The notes: generated by a model not told the origin, from the sequence alone. Positions 48,471-60,917 are shown, counted from the stretch's first letter. The stretch is 64,000 nt of DNA from Raja brachyura (GCA_963514005.1 OY740800.1:15996001-16060000), one strand, 5' to 3'. Numbers and translations: made by a program.

Positions 48471-50100
48471 GTGCTAGTGTTGACATTTTACTTGTTGCAC
48501 CATGGCCTGGTTTGGTAATTCTTGAGGCATTGCCTCGTGTAGATGCTCTGAATGGAGGAGAGGACTGTGCCCGTGGTCTACTGAGGTGAGTCCACCACTC
48601 GCTGCAGCCTCCTATGTACCAGTGCACTGGAATTATCATACCAGGCCATGGTGCAACAAATAAGATGTCAACACTAGCACAAATTATTCCAGAAATGAGT
48701 GGGCTGGCATATGATGAGCGTTTGATGTCAACACTAGCACAAATTGCATAATCCACCTTGCAACAGTGTTCTCTCCCCTCCTGTATGCCTCTTGAGAACT
48801 GAACTGCCACCAGCAGGCATCTCACAGCACTGAAAAAGTAGCCAAAATGCTGTCTCTGCAAAAATCCACCAGTTCATTGGATAGATATGCGAACCCATGT
48901 GCCATGCCAATGTCCCCAGTATTGAGGCTTTATTTACCATGCTGTTTGCATGCCTGACACCAGGTCAAAAACACTCTGTTCAATGGGGGAATACCAGCAG
49001 TAAACTAAAAACAAATAAAGGGTGAGCTCAAAGCTTTGTTAAAGAAGCATGTCTTCCCTATTGAGTTTTAGGAAGCTCTGGAAAGTGAAGAACGAGAGTT
49101 CAGGAAGGATTAAAAAAACTTGAGTCCGTGCACAACCAGAACACCGAAGCCTTGTGTAGACAGTGGAAGGAGTGCACCTCCTACACAACATACTCAATGC
49201 CGACCCTCAGAGCCATCTCCTGTTCCAGATAGGGGAAAAGTTACATTTCCCACTTTAGCCTCAGAAGCCACAGAATCCTCAAATCTGGAGTGGTCTCCCT
49301 CTATCTTGAAGTATAGTGAAGTATAGCATGAAGATAGTCACAAAAAGTCGGAGTAACTCAGCGGGACAAGCAGCATCTCTGGAGAGAAGGAATGGGTGAT
49401 GTTTCTGATCGGGACCCTTCTTCAGAAGTGTAGCATAGTCTTTAATAAATGTAACTGCATCACTGTTGTGATGATCCAACTACATTGACAAAGCTATTTG
49501 CTTACAGCTTGATCAAATATCGACTATCACAATCCTTTGTGAATTGTACTTTTCTGCCAAAGAACAAATCAGTAGCACATATCAGTTTTATCTCAAAGTG
49601 CAGGCAATTACTTGAAACCTAGAGAATAGCTATTGCAAGCTGTTAAGAACTAATCCAACCTTTTATGCGCAATCTTACACAGAGCCATGGGAAAGACATG
49701 CCAATAATCCATTCCATTCTCCCCGCAGTCTGATGGAGATAAAAACTGCGTTAGCTTTTTAACTCTTATTATTCACTATTGGAGAGCAAATGTAATGCAA
49801 ATGAGTCCTGCCTCCTAAGATAGACACAAAATGTTGGAGTACCTCAGCGGGTCAGGCAGTATCCCTGGAGAAAAGCAATGGGTGACGTTTTGAGTTGAGA
49901 CCCTTCTTCAGACCCTCTCTTAGGAGTCCCGCCTCCTCTCAGAATTTATTCTAAATACTTTTGGAAATGTGGCACTGCATGTCCAGGGTAAAATTAATTC
50001 TTCTGTTGATATGCAGAAAACTGAGCTTTGTGTTTTGGGAATTGTTTATGCAATTAAATTATTGTCTTGTTTGTTTTTTGTGTTTTGGAAAATTACACAG

Positions 50101-50256
50101 GATAAGAAAAACTGCATTGAATTTTATATCTCACCAATAAAACGTGAGCGTGGTTTCTTACATCCAATACCTTCTGAAGAAGTGATACAAGCACTCAATG
50201 TAAACATGATGCACCAAAGTCTCTCTGAATTTGGTATCACGCAGGTTATCCCTGAG
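50101..50256 (+). CDS. PTPRR: PTPRR coding exon (ectodomain; equivalent to mammalian exon 4)
   Basis: T-rich tract..acacag| acceptor, GAG|gtaagc donor, 156 nt, phase 0-0; DKKNCIEFYISPIKRERGFLHPIPSEEVIQALNVNMMHQSLSEFGITQVIPE vs human GKKNSIELFVSPINRKTGISDALPSEEVLRSLNINVLHQSLSQFGITEVSPE (recalled). Confidence 0.96.
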
Positions 50257-50714
50257 GTAAGCAATGTTTACTTTTAATGTAAGCTAGACGCAAAATGCTG
50301 GAGTTACTCAGCGGTTCAGGCAGCATCTCTGGCGAAAAGGAAGAGGTGACATTTCGTGTCGAGACCCTTCTTCAGACTTTGAATGGTTTTGATTAGCAAA
50401 TCTAAGTGGGTTTCAACTTTGGAAAACTGGACATTGTTCAAAGTTGAGCTTCCTGATAAAAATGATGCATTTTCCCAACTTGTTTATTAATTCAATGCCC
50501 TAAAACGTGCACAAATGCAATGACGGACTGGATAACAGAAAATAAAATGTCTTGAACAACAACTAGCTTGTAATCTGCTCTTTTGAAATATTCCAAGCTG
50601 TGGTATGGTGTGTCTTTAAGGGTTTGATGGATGCCTGGAGCAGCAATAATAATTGTGTTTGTGTCATCTCTAGCATTAAGATCAAATCATATCAGGATAA
50701 CTTAATAATTGTGC

Positions 50715-52278
50715 TCATAGAGTCATAGTGCTACAGTGTGGAAACAGGCCCTTTGGCCCAACTCGTTCACACCGGCCAACAATGTCTCAGCTACACTAGT
50801 CTCACTTGCCTGCGCTTGGTCCATATCCATCCAAACCTGTCCTATCCATGTACCTGTCCAACTGGTTCTTAAATGAAGGGATAGTCCCAGCCTCAACTAC
50901 CTCCTCTGGCAGCCTGTTCCATACACCCACCATCCTTTGTGTGAAAAAGCTACCCTTCGGATTCCTATTAAATATTTTCCACTTCACCCTGAACCTCTGT
51001 CCTCTGGTCCTCGATTCCTCTACTTTGGGCAAAAGACTCTGTGCATCTACCCAATCTATTCCTCTCATAATCTTATATACCTCTATAAGATTACCCCTCA
51101 CCCTCCTGCGCTCCATGGAATAGAGACCCAGCCTACTCAACCTCTCCCTATAGCTCACATCCTCTAGTCCTGGCAACATGCTCGTAAATATTTTCTGAAT
51201 CCTTTCAAGCTTGACAATATATTTCCTATAACATGGTGTCCAGAACTGAAGACAATATTCTAAATGTGGACTCACCAACGTATTACACAACTGCAACATG
51301 ACCTTCCAATTTCTATACTCAATACTCTGACTGATGAAGGCCAAAGTGCCAAAAGCCTTTTTGACCACCTTATCGACCTGTGACTCGACCTTCAAGGAAC
51401 CATGCACCTGTACTCCTAGAACCCTCTGCTCTACAACACTACCCAGAGGCCGACCATTTACTGTGTTGGTCCTGCCCTTGTTCGACGTCCCAAAATGGAA
51501 CACCTCACAGTTCTCGTTATTAAATTCCATCAGCCATTCCTCCGCCCACCTGGCCAATCGATCCAGATCCTGCTGCAATTGTTCACAACCAATCTTCACT
51601 ATCTGCAAAACCACAAACTTGTGTATCATCAGCAGACTTGCTAATCTTGCCCTGCATGTTCTCATCCAAATCATTGATGTAGATGACAAACAGTAACGGG
51701 CCCAGCACCGAACCCTGAGGCACACTACTGGTCACAGGCATCCAGTCCGAGAAGCAACCTTCCACCATTGCTCTCTGCTTCCTTCCATGGAGCCAGTTTG
51801 CTATCCATTCAGCTATCTCTCCTTGGATCCCATGCAATCTAACCTTCCAGAACAGCCTATCATGCAGAACCTTGTCGAACACCTTACTGATGTCCATGCA
51901 CACAACATCTACAGCTCTGCCCTCATAAACCTTTTTGGTCACATCTTCAAAACCCTTTTCCCCCTTATGTACAGTATTTCTAAAACCTTTTGGGATTGTC
52001 CTTAATGCTACCCACCAGAGCTATCTCCTGGCCCCTTTTTGCTCTTCGGATTTCATTTTTTAGTTTACTCCTTAGCTCCCGAATCTCCTCCAGCGATGCA
52101 CTTGATCCCGGCTGCCTGTACCTGTCCCATGCATCCTTCTTGTTTTTTACTAATGTCTCAATCTCCCTCGTCAGCCAAGTTTCCTTACATTCGCCTGCTT
52201 TGCTCATCACTCTAACGGGGACGTACACATCCTGAGCTTTCTTCAGTACACATTTAAAAACATCCTACTTGGCCGATA
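50715..52278 (-). mobile_element. CR1 LINE ORF2 fragment, same subfamily as 40089-41375
   Basis: 307-aa ORF with LQQDLDRLARWAEEWLMEFN, PHLEYCLQFW, RGNLIEVYKIM; PQGSVLGP in an overlapping frame. Confidence 0.93.
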
Positions 52279-52281
52279 TTG

Positions 52282-52681
52282 AAGGCTGGGTTAGCACCTC
52301 AGTCTGTGTCTTTCATGAGAAAAACACCCAATAAAGCTACGGAAAGGCCTAATGAACCACCATGGCATAAAAATCCATCAGGAGAGAATGAAATGCTTGG
52401 AGAAGGAGAAAGAGGTGCAGCGCACAGGCCTTGAACCTGGTGAGACGCAGGAGGAGCCCCACAGAGCCCAGCCCCTCCACGCACTAGAATCTCCCAACCC
52501 CTGCAGAGTAGTTATTAAGATGGCTGATCCGTGGGCGGTTGCTGCTGGGACGCAAGTCGGGGCCTGATCAACCCCGGCTGGGTCGCCTGGGCGAGGGTGT
52601 CTGATGCTGTGAGACCCGAAACACCCAAATCACATCACCGAGGATGCGTTCCAGCGCTTGTAGAAGATGTATATTTTTCAC
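52282..52681 (+). mobile_element. Internally deleted HERO-like non-LTR retroelement copy
   Basis: Same N-/C-terminal fusion (ESPNPCRVVIKMADPWAVAAGTQVGA*) and 3' end tatatttttcac as 8771-9369. Confidence 0.65.
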
Positions 52682-53879
52682 ACTGAATGGGACAGAAACA
52701 TTTGGAATATAATGATGTAAAATGAAATGTACTCTTATCGGAAAGCTTATGTTCATGATGTTCATTTTTATATTGTCTGAAGATGAGAGGCAGAGGAGGG
52801 ACCAAGGTGGTAGAGGGGGTCTGGTCGTCTTGTCCTGTGGTTTCTCTGTTTACTGGCATACAGACCTCTGCAATTTGCAAACCTCTGCAATTTGCTAACC
52901 ACAGATAAGGCAGAATGGAGTTAGAGGCAGAATGAAGTTCTGTTTGTTCAGCACAATTAAGGTGTTTATTTCCCCGAGTTGAGGCTGCTTTTGTGAAGCT
53001 GGGGACAAGCCATTTATTGCTGTGCTTTCTCCGAATTTGAGGTCTTCAGTTGGATCCGTTGGGGTTTGCGGTTCATTTCTCAATGCAGCTTGATCATGGT
53101 GTGTGAATGCAGCAGATGCATGCAGCAGTGTGTGTACGCATGTATTCAATGCTTCAATGGGGCGTTATCTGTTCCATATGCAACAGCGCAGTGAAATTAC
53201 TTTTTGCATATTTACGTGTGTGTGTGTATCAACTCCCTCAGCCTGCTGTATCTGCAACAGGTCAGTCAGGGTGAGTAGGTACCACAGGCTGTGTTAGCGG
53301 GCTGCATCCAGGGAAATTTGATCCCCTAAGTCTTATTGAAAATGTATTGCTAATGATTCACTGTGATGTGCAGTAGCAATCATGTCAACCTCGTAGGTCA
53401 TTGCCAAACGCACATTCTAAGCCTCCCAAATCCCTCCCTTTTCTGAATATTGTCCCCTTTCTCTTTGGACTGCAGCCTCCCTCTCATACAACACAGAACA
53501 GTGCCGCACAGGAACCGGCTCTTCAGCACACACAGTCCGCACCAAACATGTTGCCAAGGCCAACTTTTCTGTGCCTGCACATAATCCATATCTTGCCATT
53601 CCTTGCATAGGCCAAAGGTTCAAAGGGTTCAAACGGTATTTAATTGTCACGTGTACCAATTAAGGTACAGTGAAACTCGATTTACCACACAGTCATTCCA
53701 TACGAAGCAGCAAACACACAACTACATGAAAGTTAACATAAACATCCACCACAGCTGATTCCCCACATTCCTCATGTTATGGAAGGCAATAAAATCTAAT
53801 CTTCTTCACTCTTTATTCTCCCGCAGACGGGGCTGTTGAACCATCCGCAGTTGGGGCGATTGAAGCTCCCACATCCGTG

Positions 53880-54770
53880 TTCTATTCAAAAATCTCTAAG
53901 ATGCCACTCGCATATCTGCTTCCACCACCACCCCCAACAGTGTGTTCCAGGCAATCTCCACCCTCTGTATATATATATATATTTTTTTTTTAATTGCCCG
54001 GACATTCCCTTTAAACTTTGACCCTTTCACCTTAAAGCTATGCTGGGAAAAAGGATTGTCAGTAAGAACCAATCTATGCCTCTCAAATGTATATACTTGT
54101 ATCATCTCTCCCCCCATTCTCTGGTGTTCCAGAGAAAACCATCCAAGTCTGTCCAACCTCTTCCTATAGCTAATGCCCCCCCTCTAATCCAGGCATCATT
54201 CTGGTAAACTGCTTCTGCACCCATTCCAAAGCTTGCATATCCTTCCTATAATGGAGTGATCAGAACCTTCTGCTGCGGATCATAGTGCAACTAGGAAATT
54301 ACCAGCAAATCTCTGTTAGTAAATAAGGTCATAAATGATAGGAGCAGAATTAGGCCATTCAGCCCATTCAGTCCATGCCATTCAATCATGGCTGATCTAT
54401 CTCTCCCTCCAAAACCCATTCTCCTGCTTTCTCCTCATAACCCCTGACACACTCAAGAATCTATCTATCTCTACCATAAAAATATCCATAGACTTGGCAT
54501 CCACTGCCTTCTGTGGCAAACAATTCCACAGATTCACCACCCTCTGACTGAAGATTCCTCCTCATCTCGTTCCTAAAGGAATGTCCTTTAATTCTGAGGC
54601 TATGATCGCTGGTCCTAGACTCTCCCACTAGTGGAAACATCCTCTCCACATCCACTCTATCCCGGCCTTTCACTATTCGGTAAGTTTCAATGAGGTCCCC
54701 ACCCCTCATCCTCCTAAACTCCGGCGAGTACAGGCCCAGTGCCGTTAAACGCTCATCATCTGTTAAACCC
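53880..54770 (-). mobile_element. Two CR1 LINE 3' fragments (53880-54265, 54325-54770)
   Basis: DRLGWFSLEHQRMGGEMIQVY and RGGDLIETYRIVKGRDRVDVERMFPLVGESRT remnants. Confidence 0.8.
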
Positions 54771-54816
54771 CAGATTCTTGTGTCTGCGTGGGAATTCCGA
54801 ACAAGTTAGCTCATAA

Positions 54817-56203
54817 AGGCCCTGTCTCACGGTGCGAGTTGACACACGAGTGACCCAGAGTGACAGACTCGTGGTTGTGTACGATATTCCAAGTTGATGT
54901 GCAAGTGTTTGTGGCGAGTTCCCACGGGTATGGTAATCTGCGATGTTCCGAGATCGTCTCCAGAGTTACCAAGTTCCCCTCCCGTTTGCTCTTGAGTTAC
55001 CAAGTTCCTCTCCCGCTCAGGGCGTGTGTTGTTGCTGCAGTCCGGGATTCGCATTTAAAGCACTCGGTTACCTTCAGCAGTTCAGGCGAGGACAGGTTTG
55101 GGGGGGGGGGGGGGGGGGGGGGGGGGGCGAGGGATGGTGGAATTGGGAGAAGGCAAAGACTATGGGTGGGGAGGAGTGAGAGGGGGCTAGGAACGGCATC
55201 TGCGAAAAGGGTAGTCAACCTTTAGGGTCCCGGCCCGAAACATCCCTATAGATTTTATGATTTCCCTCTAAAGACGCAGTCTCCCGTGGTTTGTTTGCAC
55301 AACTCTCTTCCCTCTCTCTCCCAACATTGGGGGGGGGGGGGGGGACGACGACGACAAGATAGTTTAAACGGACCTTACCCCCACTTCATGCTTCTGTTGC
55401 GCATAATTCAGCAGTAAAACTTCTCTTCCCCTTACCCAGCGACGCCCGATTCCTCGCACCCCCACAAGTTCACATCGACGAGGGAAGAATGAGCGGCGAG
55501 TCTGAAGAAGGGTCCCGACCCGAAACATCACCCATTCCTTCTCTCCAGATGCGATGCCTGTCCCGCTGAGTTACTCCAGCATGTTTGTGTCTATCGTCGG
55601 TGTAAACCAGCATCTGCAGTTCCTTCCTACAAACGGACAGTGAAGTGCCTCGGCCAAATTAGGAACATTAGGATTCTCTGATGTGAAGATAGTCTGGTTT
55701 GCGTTTCTTACACTTGATCATATCCGAAACTAAAGTATAGATAGACACAAAATGCTGGAGTAACTCAGTGGGACTGGCAGCATCTCTGGAGAGAAGGAAT
55801 GGGTGGCGTTTTGGGTAAGTCTGAAGAAGGGTCTCGACTCCATTCCTTCTCTCCAGAGATGCTGCCTGGTCCGCTGAGTTACTCCAGCATTTTGTGTCTA
55901 TTAAAGAGTTCCCACGGTAGACGCACGGATCACTAAAGTTAACGCACGGGCCACTACGATATTACAACGAGTTTAAATGTTTCAATTTTAAACTTGACCA
56001 CGAAATTTGACTCGTGGAAAAAGTCAAACATGTTTGACTTTTTTCACGAGTTCACAAGTTTCACGGGTACCTGCCGTTAGCGCCACGAGTGGACAAGTTG
56101 ATCGCGCGAGTTCCGACGTTCCCGCTACGTTGGCTGTACGTGATCGCCACGAGTGGAAACTCGGGGTCACTCGTGGGCCAACTCGCACCGTGAGACAGGG
56201 GTT
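54817..56203. mobile_element. Harbinger-type MITE carrying nested Penelope-like repeats and poly-G runs
   Basis: TIRs aggccctgtctcacggtgcgagttg / caactcgcaccgtgagacaggggtt; TSD TAA at 54814-54816 and 56204-56206. Confidence 0.8.
55500..55901. repeat. Penelope-like repeats: single arm at 55500-55632 and fold-back at 55742-55901
   Basis: ctgaagaagggtcccgacccgaaacatc; tagacacaaaatgctggagtaactcag / ctgagttactccagcattttgtgtcta inverted arms. Confidence 0.7.
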
Positions 56204-56749
56204 TAAGTGCTGGTAGCTATAATGAAAAATCATCACAAACGTTTTTAAACAATGCAATTGTAAGGTGAATGATGAACGGCCAGAAATCTGAACAAAACAC
56301 GTAAACTATTGAAGGCCTGCTTCTGCGCCGTATGTCTAAAAGTTAAAAAAAAGTATATATCCCACTGGATATCAAAGAACGTTTTTTTTAATGTAAATGG
56401 AAACAAGATTGGATCAACTTTATGACACAGTAAAAAACTTGTTACTTAATGAGCACATTTAGAGGTCACAGATCAATTAAGTTGAAAACAGGAGCAGACT
56501 AGATTTGTGTGTGCTAATGAGATTGTAAATTTGTATAAGAGTTCGCTGCAGCTTATGAATAAATGAACACGGCAGCAGGGATCAGAAGAGCAAGTTAATC
56601 ATAGCGTAGGAGCATCCTGGCAATAAATTAAGAGAGCAGCAGGCTTGTGGTGAAAGGATGCGTTAATTGGATCAGTTATATTTGTATTAAAAACAAAGGC
56701 ACAGTTGACATGCAGGAAACGAAAATTGTCAAAGAACAGAAAGCATTAA

Positions 56750-58270
56750 AACCTTTCAGCCTGTAATATTTGCACCGAACATGTTGCCAAGATATACTAA
56801 TCTCATCTGCCTGCACATGATCCGTATCACTCCACTCCCTGCAAATCAGTGTGTCTATCTAAAAGCCACTATCGTATCTGCCTTGACCCTCACTCCTGTC
56901 AGCACGTTCCAGGCACCCACCACTCTCTGTGCAAAATAACTAGCCCTGCAGATCTCCTTTTAAAATTTGCCCCTCTTGCCTTAAAGCTATACCCTCTCGT
57001 CTTTGCGATTTCAATACTGGAGGGAAAAAATTCTGTCTGTTTGCCCCATCTCTGCCTCACATAATTGTATGCACTTCCATCAGGTCTCCCCTCAACCACC
57101 AGCATTCCAGAGAAAACAGAAAATATTGTATGCACAAATGGCAATTGCTGGCCATTCGTTACAGGCCAAAGTTCACCAGGTCCTCCTCATATCAACATCA
57201 TGGGGGGGGGTCACCGTTAAACTTAAAGTCCCCTGGACCAGCTACATAAACACTTCCTCATCTTCTCTTAAACTCTTCCACCAAATGCAACCCAAAGGAT
57301 GCAAAAACTGAAAAACAAAATCACAATATAATACCACCTGTAGATATAAACATTTCATGGGAATGATGCATTTTTACATTTAAGGTGCCTGAGACGACGT
57401 GGTTTCTGTGCACACAACTCCATCTGGTCAACGGTGCGGGTCAATAAAAAGATGTGGCATCTCTTCTCTGTGCGATTCTGAATCTTTGGAACTTTCTGCC
57501 ACAGAGACTATTAAAGGTTAAGTTATTGAATATGTTTAAGAATGAGATAGACAGAATATTGGATTATAGGGGGAGACCAGTGTTATCGGAAAAGGGGAAG
57601 GAAGATAAAGTTCGGGCCAAGATTAAATCAGCTTGATTCTATTGCATGTCAGTGCAGCCTTGAGGTGCGGAAAGGAAATATTTCTTGTGTGCGCGATGAA
57701 ACTTCAGATGCTCAGTAAACAGCTGGTTGTGAATACGGATATGGAATTCTGCTTGAATGAGTTGATGTGTGTTGATTTATTGTGGCTGTGTGCAGCAGGC
57801 TTGTTTGTATTTCCACAAGCTGGAATCCTTTCAGAGTGGAAGATGGCAAACAGCTGATCAATAGCTGTTTACCAAAGCTGGCCAGAGGATAGTATAGCAG
57901 GTGGTGATTTGACCCCGTTTGAAGATTGAGACTTGAAGAGTCATAGTCATACAGCACAGAAACAAGCCCTCTGGCCCGACATCCATTCCCACCAAGACAC
58001 CCATCTAAGCTCATCCTATTTGTTCGATTTAGGCCATATCCCCCCCAGATCTTTTGTAAGCATGTGCCCGTCCAAATGCCTTTTTAATGTTATTGTACCT
58101 GCCTCTACCACTTTCTCTGGCAGTTTATTCCTTATACCCAACACCCTCTGTTTAAAGACATAGCTGCTTTGGTCCCTTTTAAATATTTCCCCGTTCATCT
58201 TAAATCAATGCCCTTTAGTTTTGCTTCCCCTTCACCTTTTCGTAATGATGATTTTATTAACCTCTATAAG
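56750..58270. mobile_element. Several old CR1 3' fragments (56750-57120 -, 57470-57660 +, 57935-58270 -)
   Basis: KTRGYSFKARG, NLWNFLPQR, RNKLPEKVVEAGT remnants. Confidence 0.65.
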
Positions 58271-58547
58271 CAACCTGGCTGCTGTATTGTGCTTGTGGAC
58301 AATGCTCAGAGTGCAGATTGGTGGAGGACAATTATTAATTGGCCAGATGTTTTGCTTAAATATGGGATGAGTGTCGTTTTTCAACTACTTTAAACTTTGG
58401 AACACTGAAAAAAAGATGTAATAGGAGATAAAATAAAAACTTTTTTTTCTCCTAAAGTGGCTAATTTGTGTTAGATATATACAGGGCAATGAGAGCAGGA
58501 GTTGGGGCATCATGTTACAACATTGCAAGTCATTGATGACACAATAG

Positions 58548-59080
58548 CCCTGTAGAAAGCACTTTATCGGGATGCATCACAGCATGGTTTGGGAACAGCT
58601 CCATCCAAGACCACAAGAAATTGCAGAGAATTGTGGACGCAGCCCAGACCATTACACAAATTAACCTCCCTTCCACACTCCAGTTTCACACCATGCTTCC
58701 TCGGCAAGGCCAGCAGCATAATCAAGGATGAGTCTCACTCCAGTCACTCCCTCTCATTCCCTCTCCCATCAGGTAAGAAGTATAGAAGAGTGAAAATCCA
58801 CACCTCCAGATTCAGGGGCAGTTTCTTCCCTGCTGTTATCAGACAACGAAAACACCCTACCAGCAACTAGAGAGCAGTCTGAGCTACTATCTACTTCATT
58901 GGAGACCCTCGGACTATCTTTGATCGGACTTTAAGCACTTTTTCCAATTTTCTCTTTATTATGTGTCTGCACACCGTGGATAGTTCGATTGTAATCATGT
59001 ATTGTTTTTCCGCTGACTAGTTTGCATGGAATAAAAGGTTTTCACTGTATCTCCGTACATGTGACAATAAATTAAACATT
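58548..59080 (+). mobile_element. Rex1/Babar-type LINE 3' fragment
   Basis: KASSIIKDESHSSHSLSFPLPSGKKYRRVKIHTSRFRGSFFPAVIR plus 3'UTR gtgacaataaa. Confidence 0.78.
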
Positions 59081-60732
59081 TGTGGTAGCGTGTAGGCGAC
59101 GGATGTCATTAAGCTGGAAACTGTGCCGAAGAGGCTCATGAAGATGTTACCAGGACTGGATTGTTTCCATTATAAGGGAGGAAGGATAGGCCGGGGTTTT
59201 TTCCTTGGAGTGTAGGATGTCGAGGACTGACTTTATAGAGGTATATAGACTTAATTGAGTGACTTTATAAAACCTTGAGGGATGCATGTTAATGTTAGAG
59301 TGAAGGGTGAGTCAGCTGGGAGTAAGCAAGCCTAGATGAGGAGTGAAATTGAGGCTTTGGTCAGGAAAAAATAAAGCAGAAATGCATGCCTATCTATCCT
59401 GGCAGCCAGGTATAGACATGAAATGCATCCCTGGAGGAGTTTAGGGGGCAGAGGAATATACTTAAGAAGAAAGTCAGGAGGGCAAAATGGGGGCAAGAGA
59501 TAGCACAGGCAGATACAATTAAGGAGAATTCAATGAGATGTTATTAGTACATTAAGGGGAAGAGCATACAGTAGTTGGAGAGAATAGGCCCCTCAGAAAC
59601 CACTGAGGCCATCTATGTGTGGTGCAGAGAGAGATGAGCAGGATCCTCAAATGGGTGTTTATCCTTTGCTATTACTGTGGAGAAAACAAAAGGCTAGGGA
59701 ACCTGGGAGTTAATGGAGATATCTTGAGGACAGTCCATATTACGGTTGAGGATGTGATTTTTGGAAACTATTTGTTGGGTAATATCAAAGCAAAGAAGTG
59801 CTGAATGGGCTTAACCCAGTTTGCAAAAATAAACAGTAAAACAATATTCTCCTTAATTTTACTACCATTACTTTTTTCTTGTTCCTTAGTTAGTTTTGAG
59901 CCCTGACGAGGTGAGACGAACAGAATGGAATTAACAATCAATGGGAAGAGAACTCCTTCTCTTGCAGGAAGCAAAATGTTGTTTTGTTGTCTGCACCCCT
60001 CTCCCCAGAGCAGTCATTATGAAAGTGGTTTTGCAGAACTGGTGTTAATTGGTTTAAGGTTCAACAGATGAAGACCCATTACCAAATATATGTTGTTATC
60101 GCCCAAGCAATTTCCATGTATGATTTAAGTGTTGTAAGCTGATCTGTATGCGTCATAGGATGTAGTTTGAGATAGCCACAACATTCTAGAAAAACTCAGT
60201 AGGACAGGCAGCATCTCTGGAGAGAAGGAATGAGTGATGTTTCAGGTCGAGACCCTTCTTCACACAGTGATGATCCCTTCTCCTATCACCACTGGCTCCT
60301 CTCCTCTTCGACTCCCCTGGACGGCCTTCTACCCCCTTTAAATATTTGTATTTCTGGCGTGGCATTAACCATCTCAACTTTTCCACTCCCCTTACTTACT
60401 CTAACCTCAACCCCTCCGAACATGTGGCCCTCCGCTCACTCTGCAGCAACCCTGACAATTCGTTGTTCCTTCCTGCACATAGGATGTAGTTTGACTTTGT
60501 TCAAAATTGTTGTAGCATTTAATTAGGAGAAGCACATATCAAAATCTGATCAGTAAAGTATTTTTGGCAAGGCGATCTGCTTGAATTGTTTTTTGTGTGG
60601 TTAATAAGACTGACATGTATTACATGTTCACTGCAGTGAAAGAAAGTGCAAACATGTCATTAAACAGTTAACGGAAAATTAGCTCAGCAGCCATTTACTC
60701 AGGCCTGATGTCCATCATTTGCTTGATTTCAG

Positions 60733-60843
60733 AAAAATGCTTTGCGTGGAGAACACAGGAGAGATGGGCTGTGGAACAAGGAAGGTGTCTACACTGTTGT
60801 CATTTTCCTCACTGCCTTTGTTATTATCATTACGTGTTTGATG
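60733..60843 (+). CDS. PTPRR: PTPRR coding exon with the transmembrane helix (equivalent to mammalian exon 5)
   Basis: tttgcttgatttcag| acceptor, ATG|gtaagt donor, 111 nt, phase 0-0; KNALRGEHRRDGLWNKEGVYTVVIFLTAFVIIITCLM vs human KNVLQGQHEADKIWSKEGFYAVVIFLSIFVIIVTCLM (recalled). Confidence 0.96.
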
Positions 60844-60917
60844 GTAAGTGTCCTTTCTCCTTGCTGTTTTTCTGCAATTTACCACGTTAGCCTTTTGCAG
60901 TTTTACAACTTTGAGCA

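Noticed and set aside
50802-51725. 307-aa ORF as a possible host gene
   Set aside because: CR1 ORF2 C-terminal fragment, frameshifted from its RT core and 5'-truncated.
55100-55345. Long poly-G runs as G-quadruplex regulatory elements
   Set aside because: Homopolymers inside a MITE; lengths are unreliable and nothing supports a function.
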